From NCBI RefSeq assembly GCF_009914755.1, contig NC_060947.1: a stretch of 64,000 nucleotides of DNA; one strand, 5' to 3'. This document shows positions 63,952 to 64,000 of this stretch, piece by piece. Under the pieces are notes generated by a model. That model did no database searches. It saw nothing but the letters and a program-made list of their open reading frames with translations, and was not told the origin of the DNA. Source of the DNA: the human T2T-CHM13v2.0 reference genome, Homo sapiens. A program made the position numbers and the translations under genes. Each line of letters starts with the position of its first letter. Position 1 is the stretch's first letter.

Positions 63952-64000
63952 TAGAAACTAAGACACAAACACACATATGAGCCTAGGCCTACATGGGGTC

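Overview
Primate (very probably human) genomic DNA, largely built of transposable elements. No host protein-coding gene could be supported, and almost all ORF-track entries are retroelement remnants or chance ORFs. Main contents: (1) a two-LTR HERV-H provirus (10082-16479, minus strand) of the common internally deleted type, inserted in a MER112-like DNA transposon; (2) a full-length L1PA3-6-type L1 (35585-41721, minus) with broken ORF1/ORF2 but an open antisense ORF0 and the ZNF93-target segment; (3) a complete, heavily nested MST (MaLR) provirus (17857-24673) and two partial ones; (4) older L1s, solo LTRs (MER4, MER9B-like, MER50), DNA transposons and about 15 Alus. Structure that repeat annotation does not explain: an ancient ~42-kb-spaced direct duplication (~5750-9875 vs ~47650-53020). 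Within it, a ~500-bp segment is inverted in one copy and flanked by a perfect 13-bp inverted repeat. There is also a 150-bp templated insertion at a deletion junction (597-748 copied to 1388-1536), a palindromic L1 5' junction, and a strong minus-strand bias of L1/ERV together with candidate plus-strand exons. I did not find convincing evidence of a novel biological system. Repeat subfamily names and percent identities are by eye and need RepeatMasker or alignment confirmation.
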